From: Candidatus Pacearchaeota archaeon
Lineage (GTDB): Archaea > Nanobdellota > Nanobdellia > Pacearchaeales > GW2011-AR1
DNA length: 64,000 nt
Reading direction: 5' to 3'
Assembly (NCBI GenBank): GCA_041656875.1
Contig: JBBACR010000001.1
Span: 325,386-389,385, forward strand
The translations under genes were made by a program, and so were the position numbers. Shown here piece by piece: positions 54,921-63,644 of the stretch. The number at the start of each line of letters is the position of its first letter. Within the stretch, counting starts at the first letter, position 1. The notes below the pieces were generated by a model. It searched no databases. It had not been told where the DNA came from and saw nothing but the letters and a program-made list of their open reading frames with translations.

Positions 54921-55107
54921 GTTCTTTTTCTAATGCACGTGTGATTTTACTCTTTGGAAAGAAAACCCTAATTAAAGAAACCGGAACTAAGGGTGCCCAC
55001 CAAAATGTTAACCAAATAGGAATATGTCCTATTGCAAATAATGAAACTAAAATTGCAACAACTGCTATTCCGATTGTTCCAAAAAATATGTAATCAGCTA
55101 TTCTCAT
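54868..55107 (-). CDS. small two-TM membrane protein
   Basis: ADYIFFGTIGIAVVAILVSLFAIGHIPIWLTFWWAPLVPV. Confidence 0.4.
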   Translation of the reverse strand: MRIADYIFFGTIGIAVVAILVSLFAIGHIPIWLTFWWAPLVPVSLIRVFFPKSKITRALEKERAKVSDKHSKVQQQSNI

Positions 55108-55811
55108 TAATATGCATTTAAGTGTGCCATCAATTCAATTACGCCTGATGTTGCTGGTTTTTGTATATGAACAAAAGAGACATCAGATTTTGAATTTACT
55201 TCAGCAGGGTCGATTAAATAAATTTCAGTTGTGGTTGCAATATCAAGTAATGATGCTGCAGGATATACTTGTAAGCTTGTTCCTACAACGACAACAATAT
55301 CAGCATCACGTACAATTTTTGCAGCTTCATGCATTTTAGGAACTGCTTCGCCAAAGAACACAACAGCAGGTCTGTAATCAGGTCTTTCTTTTAAATCTAA
55401 AGGAGCGTATCCTATATCAATTGTTTGCGAATTATCACCTCTTAATACATAAACAGGATCTTGGTCTTTACGAATTTTTGTTAATTCACCATGAATATGT
55501 AAAATATTTGTACTTCCCGCTCGTTCGTGTAAATCATCAACGTTTTGTGTAATCACATGTACGTCAAAGTGTTTTTCAAGTCGGACGATATTAAAATGCG
55601 CGCTATTGGGTTTTATTGATTCAAGATCTTTTCGTCTTTCATTATAAAACTCATTCATTTTATCTTTCATCGAATGCCAAGATCTGATATTTGCATATAC
55701 AGCAGGATCATATTTTTCCCATAAGCCCCCTTTGTCACGATATGTATCAATTCCGCTTTCTTTTGAAATACCAGCACCTGTTATGAATACTAATTTTTGT
55801 TTCTTTTCCAT
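55107..55811 (-). CDS. Sir2-family NAD-dependent deacylase/ADP-ribosyltransferase lacking the Cys4 zinc ribbon
   Basis: VFITGAGISKESGIDTYRDKGGLW; ITQNVDDLHERAG; HIHGE; VVFFGE; VVVGTS; the segment between HG and VFFGE contains no cysteine. Confidence 0.7.
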   Translation of the reverse strand: MEKKQKLVFITGAGISKESGIDTYRDKGGLWEKYDPAVYANIRSWHSMKDKMNEFYNERRKDLESIKPNSAHFNIVRLEKHFDVHVITQNVDDLHERAGSTNILHIHGELTKIRKDQDPVYVLRGDNSQTIDIGYAPLDLKERPDYRPAVVFFGEAVPKMHEAAKIVRDADIVVVVGTSLQVYPAASLLDIATTTEIYLIDPAEVNSKSDVSFVHIQKPATSGVIELMAHLNAY

Positions 55812-56290
55812 TATTCTAAATTTTGTGTTATTACCGATATTGACTTAAGTGATTCAATCAACGCTTCTCTTGCTGGTAAATGTTTCCTACATGTGTATGT
55901 AATTGATAAAAATCCTAATATAAATTGTAAAGAATATTTTTCAGTTGACAATTTTGCTAGAATGTCATTGCATTCTTCGTATTTTTTTTCAATACATAAA
56001 TCATCAAGTCTATCCATTACAAAATCTAATACACGTGCAGTACTTTCCATTGAAATAATGCAATCTAGCATTATGTAAAATGCTTTTGTTTTATCTTCGA
56101 TACTTAAATCCGATTTATCTTCTTTATACATTGGATTATTTGGGTCAATGCATAAGTCAATTTCTCTGATTAAACCGCATGCTTCACGCCATGTGTATTC
56201 GTTTGTTTGTTCACCAATATTATTTGCAATATGTTCTAGAAACTTTTTTGTTTCTAGCAGTACCATATTTAGATGTTCGTTATTCTTCAT
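55811..56290 (-). CDS. hypothetical protein
   Basis: ORF track 159 aa. Confidence 0.4.
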   Translation of the reverse strand: MKNNEHLNMVLLETKKFLEHIANNIGEQTNEYTWREACGLIREIDLCIDPNNPMYKEDKSDLSIEDKTKAFYIMLDCIISMESTARVLDFVMDRLDDLCIEKKYEECNDILAKLSTEKYSLQFILGFLSITYTCRKHLPAREALIESLKSISVITQNLE

Positions 56291-56669
56291 CGTTATTCTT
56301 TAATTTTCTCAACTCGAGTATTCGCATATTAGGATTATTATTAATTTCTTGTTTTATCCAATCAGCATATTGTGCAGCAGTTTCTACTGAATCGAAATAC
56401 AAACAAATTGACTTTGCATCTTCATTATTGCCTTGACATATGAGGATATATGGTCTCAAATAAACCGCATTATCAATAATTGCATAATAAGATAGCGCGC
56501 CAATATCTTCTAATGTAACTTTTGTTTGCTTAAACGTTACATCATTTTGTTTATTTTTTATGCATTCAGTTAATTTTGTTGTATAGATAGTATGCAAAGA
56601 TTTATCATGAACTTCGATATCTCTAATATTATTTACATTAATGTATCTTTTAAATAGCATCCTTTTCAA
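56280..56669 (-). CDS. hypothetical protein
   Basis: ORF track 129 aa. Confidence 0.4.
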   Translation of the reverse strand: MKRMLFKRYINVNNIRDIEVHDKSLHTIYTTKLTECIKNKQNDVTFKQTKVTLEDIGALSYYAIIDNAVYLRPYILICQGNNEDAKSICLYFDSVETAAQYADWIKQEINNNPNMRILELRKLKNNDEE

Positions 56670-57057
56670 TTATTAAGTTATTTTTTAAATTATCTATCAT
56701 GTATCGACGCCATAATCTGCTAACAGGATGTGGCAATTTTTTATGTTCAACTTTTAAATCGTCAAGTGCTTTACCAGCAGTTTTACCACATGCAATTATT
56801 GCAAACCAAGAATCTCTATCAATTGCTGATTTAACCCATTTTAAATCAACAGGAAACTTTGTATCTTTGTTATCTGCAATTTCTGGAGTTGTTTCAGTAA
56901 ACCAAAGTTCAAAGTGTTCTTCAAGAGAAAGCAGTCTTGAATATGTTGCGTTTTTTCGATTGATGATTCTTGTATCATATACAGGAATCTTGAACTTGTT
57001 TTTACGATATCCGTAAAAATTTTCAAGTACAATAAGTATTTTTGGTTTTTCTTCCAT
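56650..57057 (-). CDS. hypothetical protein
   Basis: ORF track 135 aa. Confidence 0.4.
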   Translation of the reverse strand: MEEKPKILIVLENFYGYRKNKFKIPVYDTRIINRKNATYSRLLSLEEHFELWFTETTPEIADNKDTKFPVDLKWVKSAIDRDSWFAIIACGKTAGKALDDLKVEHKKLPHPVSRLWRRYMIDNLKNNLIIEKDAI

Positions 57058-57275
57058 TACGCAATAAGTAATACTTTTGATGCAATTCTTTCAACATTTT
57101 CAATATTTGTTTCTTTTGCAGTTTTTAATGCTGCAAGATAACCGTCAATGTATCCTTCTTTGGCAGCACCAAATTTATCTTCGGAAATTCTACCGACAGC
57201 ATGCAATCCGTTATATGTATGAAATTTATCTTCAGCGTATTGCCATGCAACAAATTCTAGTTCATCATTCTCCAT
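57057..57275 (-). CDS. hypothetical small protein, start revised to MENDELEF
   Basis: class B motif cattgtgtatataaaataaaattgatacc lies immediately 5' of this ATG; table's longer N-terminus would overlap the motif and the GATase 3' end. Confidence 0.4.
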   Translation of the reverse strand: MENDELEFVAWQYAEDKFHTYNGLHAVGRISEDKFGAAKEGYIDGYLAALKTAKETNIENVERIASKVLLIA

Positions 57276-57283
57276 TGGTATCA

Positions 57284-57305
57284 ATTTTATTTTATATACA
57301 CAATG
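57284..57305 (-). promoter_or_regulatory. class B motif (inside 3' end of GATase gene)
   Basis: gene-sense CATTGTGTATATAAAATAAAATTGATACC-ATG. Confidence 0.4.
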
Positions 57306-57912
57306 AAGGAAAAGTTTTACTATACAGCCATTCAGAAACAATTCTTTCGCAAAAAGTACCTCTTACTTCTTCACGTTCAGGATGCCATTGAACAAGCATA
57401 CAATTATCGCCTGCCCACGCCATTTCTATAATGCCATCATCTGATTTTGCAACAGGATGGATATCTTGTCCCAATGTTTTTATTGCTTGATGATGTCTTG
57501 AATTAACTTCAGCTTGCATTCCATTGATTGCAATAAAATGCCAACTTGATTCTAAAGATGGCAGTGGCTCATTTGCAATTGCAACTGCATTTGCCGAATG
57601 ATTTATTTTTGTTTGCGTTTCATTTAAAATGTCACCGTATAAAGTGCCGCCTAATGCAACATTTACTAATTGTAAACCACGGCAGATACCAAGAACTGGG
57701 ATATTTCCGTATGCTGAACCAAACCATTTTGTTTCTCTTAAATCTCGTTCAAAATTTTTACCAATATCAGCTCCACCACAAAGTAATAACATGCTAAATT
57801 TATCGGTTATGAGTTCATCTTCGTTAAGTACATGGTATTTCAATTGACGGTATTCAAGCCATTCTAAATAATTATTTAGTTGATTCTTATGTGGCGGTGC
57901 AACTGCTATCAT
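57292..57912 (-). CDS. class I glutamine amidotransferase (PuuD / peptidase C26-like)
   Basis: LGICRGLQL (Cys nucleophile), NSRHHQAI, VQWHPE (His-Glu). Confidence 0.7.
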   Translation of the reverse strand: MIAVAPPHKNQLNNYLEWLEYRQLKYHVLNEDELITDKFSMLLLCGGADIGKNFERDLRETKWFGSAYGNIPVLGICRGLQLVNVALGGTLYGDILNETQTKINHSANAVAIANEPLPSLESSWHFIAINGMQAEVNSRHHQAIKTLGQDIHPVAKSDDGIIEMAWAGDNCMLVQWHPEREEVRGTFCERIVSEWLYSKTFPSLCI

Positions 57913-57928
57913 TTTGCTTTCATTTAAA

Positions 57929-58801
57929 TTAATTACGTTTTCTTTTTTTTGCTGATTCGCGCATTTTTTGTTTCGTTTCGTCTGTTCGTTTTTGACCTCT
58001 CCTAGATTCTGCTGCTTTGTCTATAGATTCTTGCTTTTGTCTTACACCTCTTGTTATACCTACCAATTCACCTGATAAATATCTGGGGTCATCTCGTAAA
58101 ACTTTGTATGTTTTACCTGATGCGTCTTTAACCATTACCATTCCCTTTGATATGTTTACCAATTCCCCCGATAAATATCTAGGATCGTTTTTATCAACTT
58201 GTAATGTACAGCCATTGGCATCTTTAACAGTTACTCTTCCTTTAGCAATACCCACCAATTCGCCAGATAAATATCTTACGTCGTCAGGTAATACAGAAAA
58301 ATAATTGCCATTTGCATCTTTAACACTTATACGTCCTTTAAACATGTGAATTAATTCACCAGATACATATCTTGGATCATTTTTATCAACCATATGATAA
58401 TTATTATCTGAATCTAATGTTGGCACAATGCCTTTTGTTACGCCAACAAAATTCCCAGATAAATACAGTTCGCTGTCTTTACGTAATAACTTCACATTTC
58501 CGTTAGCATCCTTTAGTGATGCTGCACCTGTTGTGTGAAAGCCAACAGATGGAATATGATAGTTTTCATTTAAAGGATCTTCAATCCATTTTGAAATTTC
58601 TTCAGTTTCAAACTTAATAGCATCTTCTCTACAAATAAAGTCATCTTTAATAATTTCCTTTTTTAGTTTTGTTTTGTTAGGTTTCCAAGTTTTCATTGAA
58701 CCTAAATAAGAATCTAGAGTAGGATGAACTTCTGAACTTCTGGAACCTATATAGAATTGTTTAGTTTCTATATGTTCAATTCGATATACATAATGATACA
58801 T
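57929..58801 (-). CDS. GIY-YIG homing endonuclease with tandem 29-aa repeats, paralog of 37266..38444
   Basis: MYHYVYRIEHIETKQFYIGS; repeats VKDANGNxxxVxxDDxRYLSGELVGIxKG x5-6. Confidence 0.6.
   Translation of the reverse strand: MYHYVYRIEHIETKQFYIGSRSSEVHPTLDSYLGSMKTWKPNKTKLKKEIIKDDFICREDAIKFETEEISKWIEDPLNENYHIPSVGFHTTGAASLKDANGNVKLLRKDSELYLSGNFVGVTKGIVPTLDSDNNYHMVDKNDPRYVSGELIHMFKGRISVKDANGNYFSVLPDDVRYLSGELVGIAKGRVTVKDANGCTLQVDKNDPRYLSGELVNISKGMVMVKDASGKTYKVLRDDPRYLSGELVGITRGVRQKQESIDKAAESRRGQKRTDETKQKMRESAKKRKRN
58036..58516 (-). repeat. five to six tandem ~87-bp coding repeats in paralogous GIY-YIG gene
   Basis: VKDANGNYFSVLPDDVRYLSGELVGIAKG-type units. Confidence 0.55.
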
Positions 58802-58818
58802 ACATTTAAATATTTTTA

Positions 58819-58841
58819 ATTATTTATATTATATATCAAAA
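58819..58841 (-). promoter_or_regulatory. class B motif upstream of GIY-YIG HEG
   Basis: gene-sense TTTTGATATATAATATAAATAATTAAAAA. Confidence 0.4.
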
Positions 58842-58844
58842 TTG

Positions 58845-58881
58845 ATATAGGAATAAATTAAAGTTTAATATAGGAATAAAT
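58845..58881. repeat. 16-bp direct repeat x2 (TATAGGAATAAATTAA) between HEG promoter and GATase-fragment
   Basis: gatataggaataaattaaagtttaatataggaataaattaagtc. Confidence 0.5.
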
Positions 58882-58885
58882 TAAG

Positions 58886-58984
58886 TCTGTCGATTCTAAG
58901 ATATGATATTTTAAACCTAAAGAATCAAGCCAACCTGTATAATTTGGCATTTGGTTTGGATGTGCAGGTGCAAGTGCTATCATA
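58886..58984 (-). pseudogene. orphan 5' fragment (~33 codons) homologous to the start of the GATase gene
   Basis: minus-strand ATGATAGCACTTGCACCTGCACATCCAAACCAA... = MIALAPAHPNQMPNYTGWLDSLGLKYHILE vs GATase MIAVAPPHKNQLNNYLEWLEYRQLKYHVLNE; ATG overlaps stop of 58980..59699 (TAAGATATG). Confidence 0.45.
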
Positions 58985-59699
58985 TCTTAGGTGCTAATTT
59001 TCTAAAATCTGTTAATAATAACTTATGTGTTTGTTTGAATCTTGATTCCCAAACCGACCAATCCAATGGCATTTTTTTAATAGCATCAAGATAACAGTTT
59101 GCTGACGAATAATCAACTATTTTACCATGTGTTGCAATTTGAATACCAAATTCAACAATTCTTAAAGAATGAAACAATGATTTTTGTGCAATGTACGTTT
59201 CGCCGTCTGCAAGTTTCTTTTTTGCTTTAACCCATGAATTGCTTGATACTTGTGAAATTGAATGACGGAGTTTTTGCAAATTTAATTCAAATGTGTAATC
59301 GGTCTTTCCTTCAGACATGTGAGCAGGTAAAAAGAAGCATTCAAGTGCTGAAATTTCATGATTATCCAAATCTTTTTGAAAACCTTTTTCATTATAAAAT
59401 GTGAAGTTGTTTCCTAAAATTTCAACAGAATCAATTTTTTCTTCTGGTTGTTCACGAACAACAATAAAGTCAAAATCCGATTCGGATGTGTTACACCCAT
59501 ATACCCGTGAACCATATTGGAATTTTGAAATAACTTTTGGGTTATCTAAACCGGGTTCGCATGTTAATTCTAATTGTGGCGCATCAACTATTGTGTTGAA
59601 TATGAAATCTGCAATTGCAGTTTCAACTGCTGTTTCATTAGCCGCTGGCCTTCTTGCAGCATTCCACAATGCTTGTTTTTGTTCCTTTGTAAATATCAT
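58980..59699 (-). CDS. Pol-beta-superfamily nucleotidyltransferase
   Basis: GSRVYGCNTSESDFDFIVV = hG[GS]x9-13Dh[DE]h NTase signature. Confidence 0.45.
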   Translation of the reverse strand: MIFTKEQKQALWNAARRPAANETAVETAIADFIFNTIVDAPQLELTCEPGLDNPKVISKFQYGSRVYGCNTSESDFDFIVVREQPEEKIDSVEILGNNFTFYNEKGFQKDLDNHEISALECFFLPAHMSEGKTDYTFELNLQKLRHSISQVSSNSWVKAKKKLADGETYIAQKSLFHSLRIVEFGIQIATHGKIVDYSSANCYLDAIKKMPLDWSVWESRFKQTHKLLLTDFRKLAPKI

Positions 59700-59911
59700 A
59701 ACTCAATGTCCTTTCTTTTTATCATGTAATCTGAAATTTCTTTCTTCGTAATTCTTTTTTCAGATAGCAATTGTTTAATGAATGAATCAAAACAATGTAT
59801 CTGATATTTTCGCAATTCATTTGATAAATTAAGTTTAACACACGTCTTTCTTAATCTGTTGATATCTTTTTGATAAGCAGATCTTGTTTTACTTTCAGAA
59901 TCGTTTTTCAT
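59696..59911 (-). CDS. hypothetical small basic protein
   Basis: ORF track 71 aa. Confidence 0.35.
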   Translation of the reverse strand: MKNDSESKTRSAYQKDINRLRKTCVKLNLSNELRKYQIHCFDSFIKQLLSEKRITKKEISDYMIKRKDIEL

Positions 59912-59914
59912 ATT

Positions 59915-60370
59915 CTATTTTTCTCTATGTTTATGTAATTCTTTAATACGCTTTTCTTTTTCATTTTGAGTTTCATCATGAACTGCTTGCATTTCAGCGT
60001 CAAGTTTTGTTATAACAGCAATACCGAAAGGCCAACTGTTTATTTTGTTGCAAAGTGTCAGACCATTTTTTTCAGCAAAATCGGCAATTGCATTATCAAT
60101 AACTTCACCTATATGAAAACATGCATTGCTGTTAAAACCGTTTAATGGCAACTGTTTATCAATACTTATTTCGTCAGTATATAAGCAATCAACAGAATAT
60201 TTTTTATCAGGTCCAAATCCTCCCTTTGCAAGATACACGTCAAATTCAACATATACATTTAAAATTTTGCCAGTGTATCTATGAGATAGAGTTCTTGTAT
60301 TTTCAATCTCTGTAAATTTATCAATAAAACCGATACGAATATTCGATTCTTTATATTCTTTATAATCCAT
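59915..60370 (-). CDS. hypothetical protein
   Basis: ORF track 151 aa. Confidence 0.4.
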   Translation of the reverse strand: MDYKEYKESNIRIGFIDKFTEIENTRTLSHRYTGKILNVYVEFDVYLAKGGFGPDKKYSVDCLYTDEISIDKQLPLNGFNSNACFHIGEVIDNAIADFAEKNGLTLCNKINSWPFGIAVITKLDAEMQAVHDETQNEKEKRIKELHKHREK

Positions 60371-60373
60371 GAT

Positions 60374-60955
60374 TTAAAGTATTACATTCCACATTAAGTT
60401 ACAATAATTACAGCATTTGTCAATTTCGCTTTTTCGCATGAATTGCAATAAAGGTCGACCCATGTGTGCAGTTTCTTCCGCAATTTCATCAAGTTCATGA
60501 AATTGTCCACAATCATCACATTTAACTTTAATTGTTGATTTATCAGGCAATAAGTCCATGTAAACGGATCTTGGAACATCTAGCCAAACATCGCCGAAAA
60601 ATTTAACACCTACGTTTACACCGTCTTTGATGTAAAGCATGTCTTTAAAAATTCGAGATTCATCGTATGTAATGATATCTTGATTTGGAAATTTTGCAAT
60701 TAACGCTTCATGAATCTGTTCAATTGTTTGAAATCTTCCAGTTGAACTTCCAATATGCAAACAACAATAGCCATCTTTTCTTTCAAGATATTTTAATTCA
60801 GCTTCATCTGTTATAATACGTTGCAAATCCTCGCCGTGTGAAGTACTCAAAGCATGTATCTTTGGCACATAGTTTTCAATTTCAATGTAACGGCAATAAA
60901 AATGTTCAGCATCGGCGCATTGTCCTTCGAATGTTGATATGTTTCCCACAATCAT
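60374..60955 (-). CDS. hypothetical Cys-rich protein
   Basis: CDDCGQFHELDE...CCNYCN. Confidence 0.4.
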   Translation of the reverse strand: MIVGNISTFEGQCADAEHFYCRYIEIENYVPKIHALSTSHGEDLQRIITDEAELKYLERKDGYCCLHIGSSTGRFQTIEQIHEALIAKFPNQDIITYDESRIFKDMLYIKDGVNVGVKFFGDVWLDVPRSVYMDLLPDKSTIKVKCDDCGQFHELDEIAEETAHMGRPLLQFMRKSEIDKCCNYCNLMWNVIL

Positions 60956-61269
60956 TATATTACTGTTTTAGCGTTAATAAACATTTCAACTTGATTGTCA
61001 ACAATCATATGATGTAAATCACTAACATAAAAATGTTGTTGACCAAATAATTCGTTTGTTGCTTTTAGCGTAATTTTATAATCGTCAGCAACTTTATATT
61101 TTGATTCTGTTATTGTTGCAGGAACAATGTAATCAGGATCGTTACTGCTTGTGTGGGGAAAAAACCCAAATGCGGTACGAATAGGTTTCATTGGAACCAT
61201 GAATAAACATTTGTCGATTCCAATTTCAAGAATTTTACTTGTCAAATCGTGTAATTTGTGGTCAGTCAT
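60955..61269 (-). CDS. hypothetical protein
   Basis: ORF track 104 aa; class A promoter upstream. Confidence 0.4.
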   Translation of the reverse strand: MTDHKLHDLTSKILEIGIDKCLFMVPMKPIRTAFGFFPHTSSNDPDYIVPATITESKYKVADDYKITLKATNELFGQQHFYVSDLHHMIVDNQVEMFINAKTVI

Positions 61270-61280
61270 AATTTTTTAAA

Positions 61281-61334
61281 TTGTTAATTGTTTAAAATCA
61301 AATATACAACATTAATGCAGCAATAGCAATGGTT
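61281..61334 (-). promoter_or_regulatory. class A promoter element (subtype 2)
   Basis: same consensus. Confidence 0.55.
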
Positions 61335-61339
61335 TATGA

Positions 61340-61663
61340 TTAATATTTTGCAGGAAATGTTTTTCCTTTGAAAAACGGAACAATGTACATTTTAGCGTGC
61401 GGTACGTTTTCGTGTTTTCTTTCAAGATCCGATATTGCTTGTTCTGCACTTTCAATTGATTTGTAATTTTTATACTTATAGAATTCACCGGTTGTTTCGT
61501 TTCCGATAACAATTGTGTGCGTAAATAATGCATATTCTGCAAGATCTTTTTTCGATTGTTCTAATCGTTTTTCTTGTTCTTTTTTATCAATTTTGTTTGG
61601 AACTTCATTTGCAATAAATAAAGTTGAATGATTCCATATCATTCTATAAAAATACATGCTCAT
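61340..61663 (-). CDS. hypothetical protein
   Basis: ORF track 107 aa (preferred over overlapping 61312..61542). Confidence 0.4.
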   Translation of the reverse strand: MSMYFYRMIWNHSTLFIANEVPNKIDKKEQEKRLEQSKKDLAEYALFTHTIVIGNETTGEFYKYKNYKSIESAEQAISDLERKHENVPHAKMYIVPFFKGKTFPAKY

Positions 61664-61666
61664 AAC

Positions 61667-61876
61667 TTATGAATTAATGATTTGACTTTTAAAGATATAT
61701 TTACTGTTTAACATTAATGGAGGAAAATAAATTGGCCTTCCGTTTAAATCGGTAATATTTCCAATCGTTAAATAATTAATGTTATCTTGCCAAATTGTTC
61801 CTAAATAAATTTTATCACTTCCAATACTTGGGTGAAATTTGATTTGTTTTTGGTTTTGGTTTTTGCTGATTTTCAT
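61667..61876 (-). CDS. hypothetical small protein, start revised from TTG to ATG (MKISKNQ)
   Basis: table start TTG lies inside class A element. Confidence 0.35.
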   Translation of the reverse strand: MKISKNQNQKQIKFHPSIGSDKIYLGTIWQDNINYLTIGNITDLNGRPIYFPPLMLNSKYIFKSQIINS

Positions 61877-61888
61877 AACGATTGTTTT

Positions 61889-61940
61889 TATCAATTGTTT
61901 AAAATCAAATATACAACATTAATGAAGCAATAGCAAATAT
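61889..61940 (-). promoter_or_regulatory. class A promoter element (subtype 2)
   Basis: same consensus; preceded by hairpin terminator. Confidence 0.55.
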
Positions 61941-61959
61941 TTATGATAAAATATAACTA

Positions 61960-61995
61960 AAAAATGCAAGGGCATTTCTACCCTTGCATTTTATT
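61960..61995. terminator. bidirectional hairpin terminator after SPFH lipoprotein gene
   Basis: aaaaat-GCAAGGG-catttcta-CCCTTGC-attttatttc. Confidence 0.55.
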
Positions 61996-62017
61996 TCATA
62001 TTGCAATATGCAATAAT

Positions 62018-62845
62018 TTATTTCACCGGAAATGTTGCAGGCACATTAGCACCTTGAATAAACGTAATTGTTACATTTTTATGATCTTTTAACAATTCAA
62101 CTTGTTCTTTAGTAATTTCAAGTTGTCGAATATGTGTATACTCGGCAATTGTCATTCCCATCTGATTCATGTATGCCTTATCCGCAATTGCTTTATTTAT
62201 TTCCGCTTGTTTACGAGATAATTCAGCTGTTGCTCTGGCATTTTGTGTAAGAACAGATTGATTTTGTGCAGCAGTATTTTTTGTTTCTGTTAATACCTGG
62301 TCTGGTGGCGTTATTGCACCAATTGATACCTTTACTACATCAACAGGCAGGTTTATCGACTTTACGTATGCAACCATGCCATCAAATAATTTTGTTTCAA
62401 TTTGAGTACTTATCATTCGGTTACTTGATAATTCAAACATTTTGTATATACATGATTTGTCACGTACCATTGTTCTGAAAGTCGATTGAACATTATTAAG
62501 ATACCAAGCTATTCCGAAATCCTTATATAATCGTGGAGTTTTACCTGTCTGTATTCTTAATGTTATATATGCGCTAAACGATACTGGCGTATTGTCTGCG
62601 GGAATCATATTTGTAAAATCCTCAGTATACATAACTGGAGTAATAACAAATTCTTGATGGTCGGTTGAAAACATACACCATGTTGAACCTGTATTTATTG
62701 CGTAATCATCGACACCACCATGTCCAAAAATTATAGGTTTATACACTAAAACAGATTCCTGTCCCGGGTCTGGCTTTACTTGATAACAACTTTGAAGAGA
62801 GAAAAGCATGCACGTAGCTGCTAGAATTAAAATTAATTTTTTCAT
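62018..62845 (-). CDS. SPFH (band-7/prohibitin-like) domain lipoprotein
   Basis: MKKLILILAATCMLFSLQSC lipobox; C-terminal QVLTETKNTAAQNQSVLTQNARATAELSRKQAEINKAIADKAY SPFH-type helix. Confidence 0.5.
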   Translation of the reverse strand: MKKLILILAATCMLFSLQSCYQVKPDPGQESVLVYKPIIFGHGGVDDYAINTGSTWCMFSTDHQEFVITPVMYTEDFTNMIPADNTPVSFSAYITLRIQTGKTPRLYKDFGIAWYLNNVQSTFRTMVRDKSCIYKMFELSSNRMISTQIETKLFDGMVAYVKSINLPVDVVKVSIGAITPPDQVLTETKNTAAQNQSVLTQNARATAELSRKQAEINKAIADKAYMNQMGMTIAEYTHIRQLEITKEQVELLKDHKNVTITFIQGANVPATFPVK

Positions 62846-62882
62846 TTGATTAAGATAAGAATAAATTGGTTAATAAACTAAA

Positions 62883-63146
62883 TTAAATTACATTGAATTT
62901 CACACGATACAGTAAGCCTTCAGGTCCTGTTTCTGAGTTATACGGATTTTTCACGATTGCAGTTTGTCCTACTTCGATAGTTTCATCTAAGCCGTAGCAA
63001 TCAATTGCGATATCGCAATCTTCAGTTGCTTTGCCACCTGGTGTGCCATCTTCTTTTTTTGTTGACCAACAGTCAATCATTACGTTTGGTGATTTTTCAA
63101 TAATCGCCGAAATTTTGCGGATAGCCGCGAATCTAAGTTTTGCCAT
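62883..63146 (-). CDS. hypothetical protein
   Basis: ORF track 87 aa. Confidence 0.4.
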   Translation of the reverse strand: MAKLRFAAIRKISAIIEKSPNVMIDCWSTKKEDGTPGGKATEDCDIAIDCYGLDETIEVGQTAIVKNPYNSETGPEGLLYRVKFNVI

Positions 63147-63170
63147 TTTGTTTTATTTAAAGATTAATTT

Positions 63171-63413
63171 TTACTTACTGTTAGGTTTTATTCTACGGTT
63201 TAACAACTTAATATCCGTATTTAGACTATTGAGAACTGCAGCAATACCGTTTTTAAACATATCTTCATCAGGTTTTTCTGACAAGAAAGCTTGAAAATAA
63301 TCTAAGCTTTTCTTCAATTCGATAACGTCATCAATGTATTGTTGTTTTAATGTTTTCTCTGGCATGATTAAGATTTGAAAGGTTGAATTATGTATCCTGT
63401 ATAATCCGAGCAA
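63171..63413 (-). CDS. hypothetical protein
   Basis: ORF track 80 aa. Confidence 0.35.
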   Translation of the reverse strand: MLGLYRIHNSTFQILIMPEKTLKQQYIDDVIELKKSLDYFQAFLSEKPDEDMFKNGIAAVLNSLNTDIKLLNRRIKPNSK

Positions 63414-63634
63414 TTATCTTCTGGATTGTTATATTTTACTAATGTTGTCCATTCATCGTCCCCATTGTCATTAATTATAATGTCGTTATAATCAAACATG
63501 CAACCGTCGGCCCATGTTTCAGCATCGGCTTCAGTATAAAACTTTTGTTTAACAACAGTTTCATTATCACAACAATCATAAAATACAACTTCGAAAAGTG
63601 AAGTATCGGTATCATTTATCAATTGCTCTGCCAT
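63368..63634 (-). CDS. hypothetical acidic protein
   Basis: ORF track 88 aa; class A promoter upstream. Confidence 0.4.
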   Translation of the reverse strand: MAEQLINDTDTSLFEVVFYDCCDNETVVKQKFYTEADAETWADGCMFDYNDIIINDNGDDEWTTLVKYNNPEDNCSDYTGYIIQPFKS

Positions 63635-63644
63635 AATTTGTTTG

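Noticed and set aside
57057-57341. Longer 94-aa version of ORF 57057..57341
   Set aside because: Its N-terminal 22 codons overlap the class B motif and the 3' end of the GATase gene. The Met at 57275 is immediately preceded by the motif.
14486-61894. ORF-track starts at 14501, 32492, 51508 and 61894
   Set aside because: The start codons are TTG (or GTG at 10968) and lie inside class A promoter elements. ATG codons a few codons downstream give sensible starts, so coordinates were revised.
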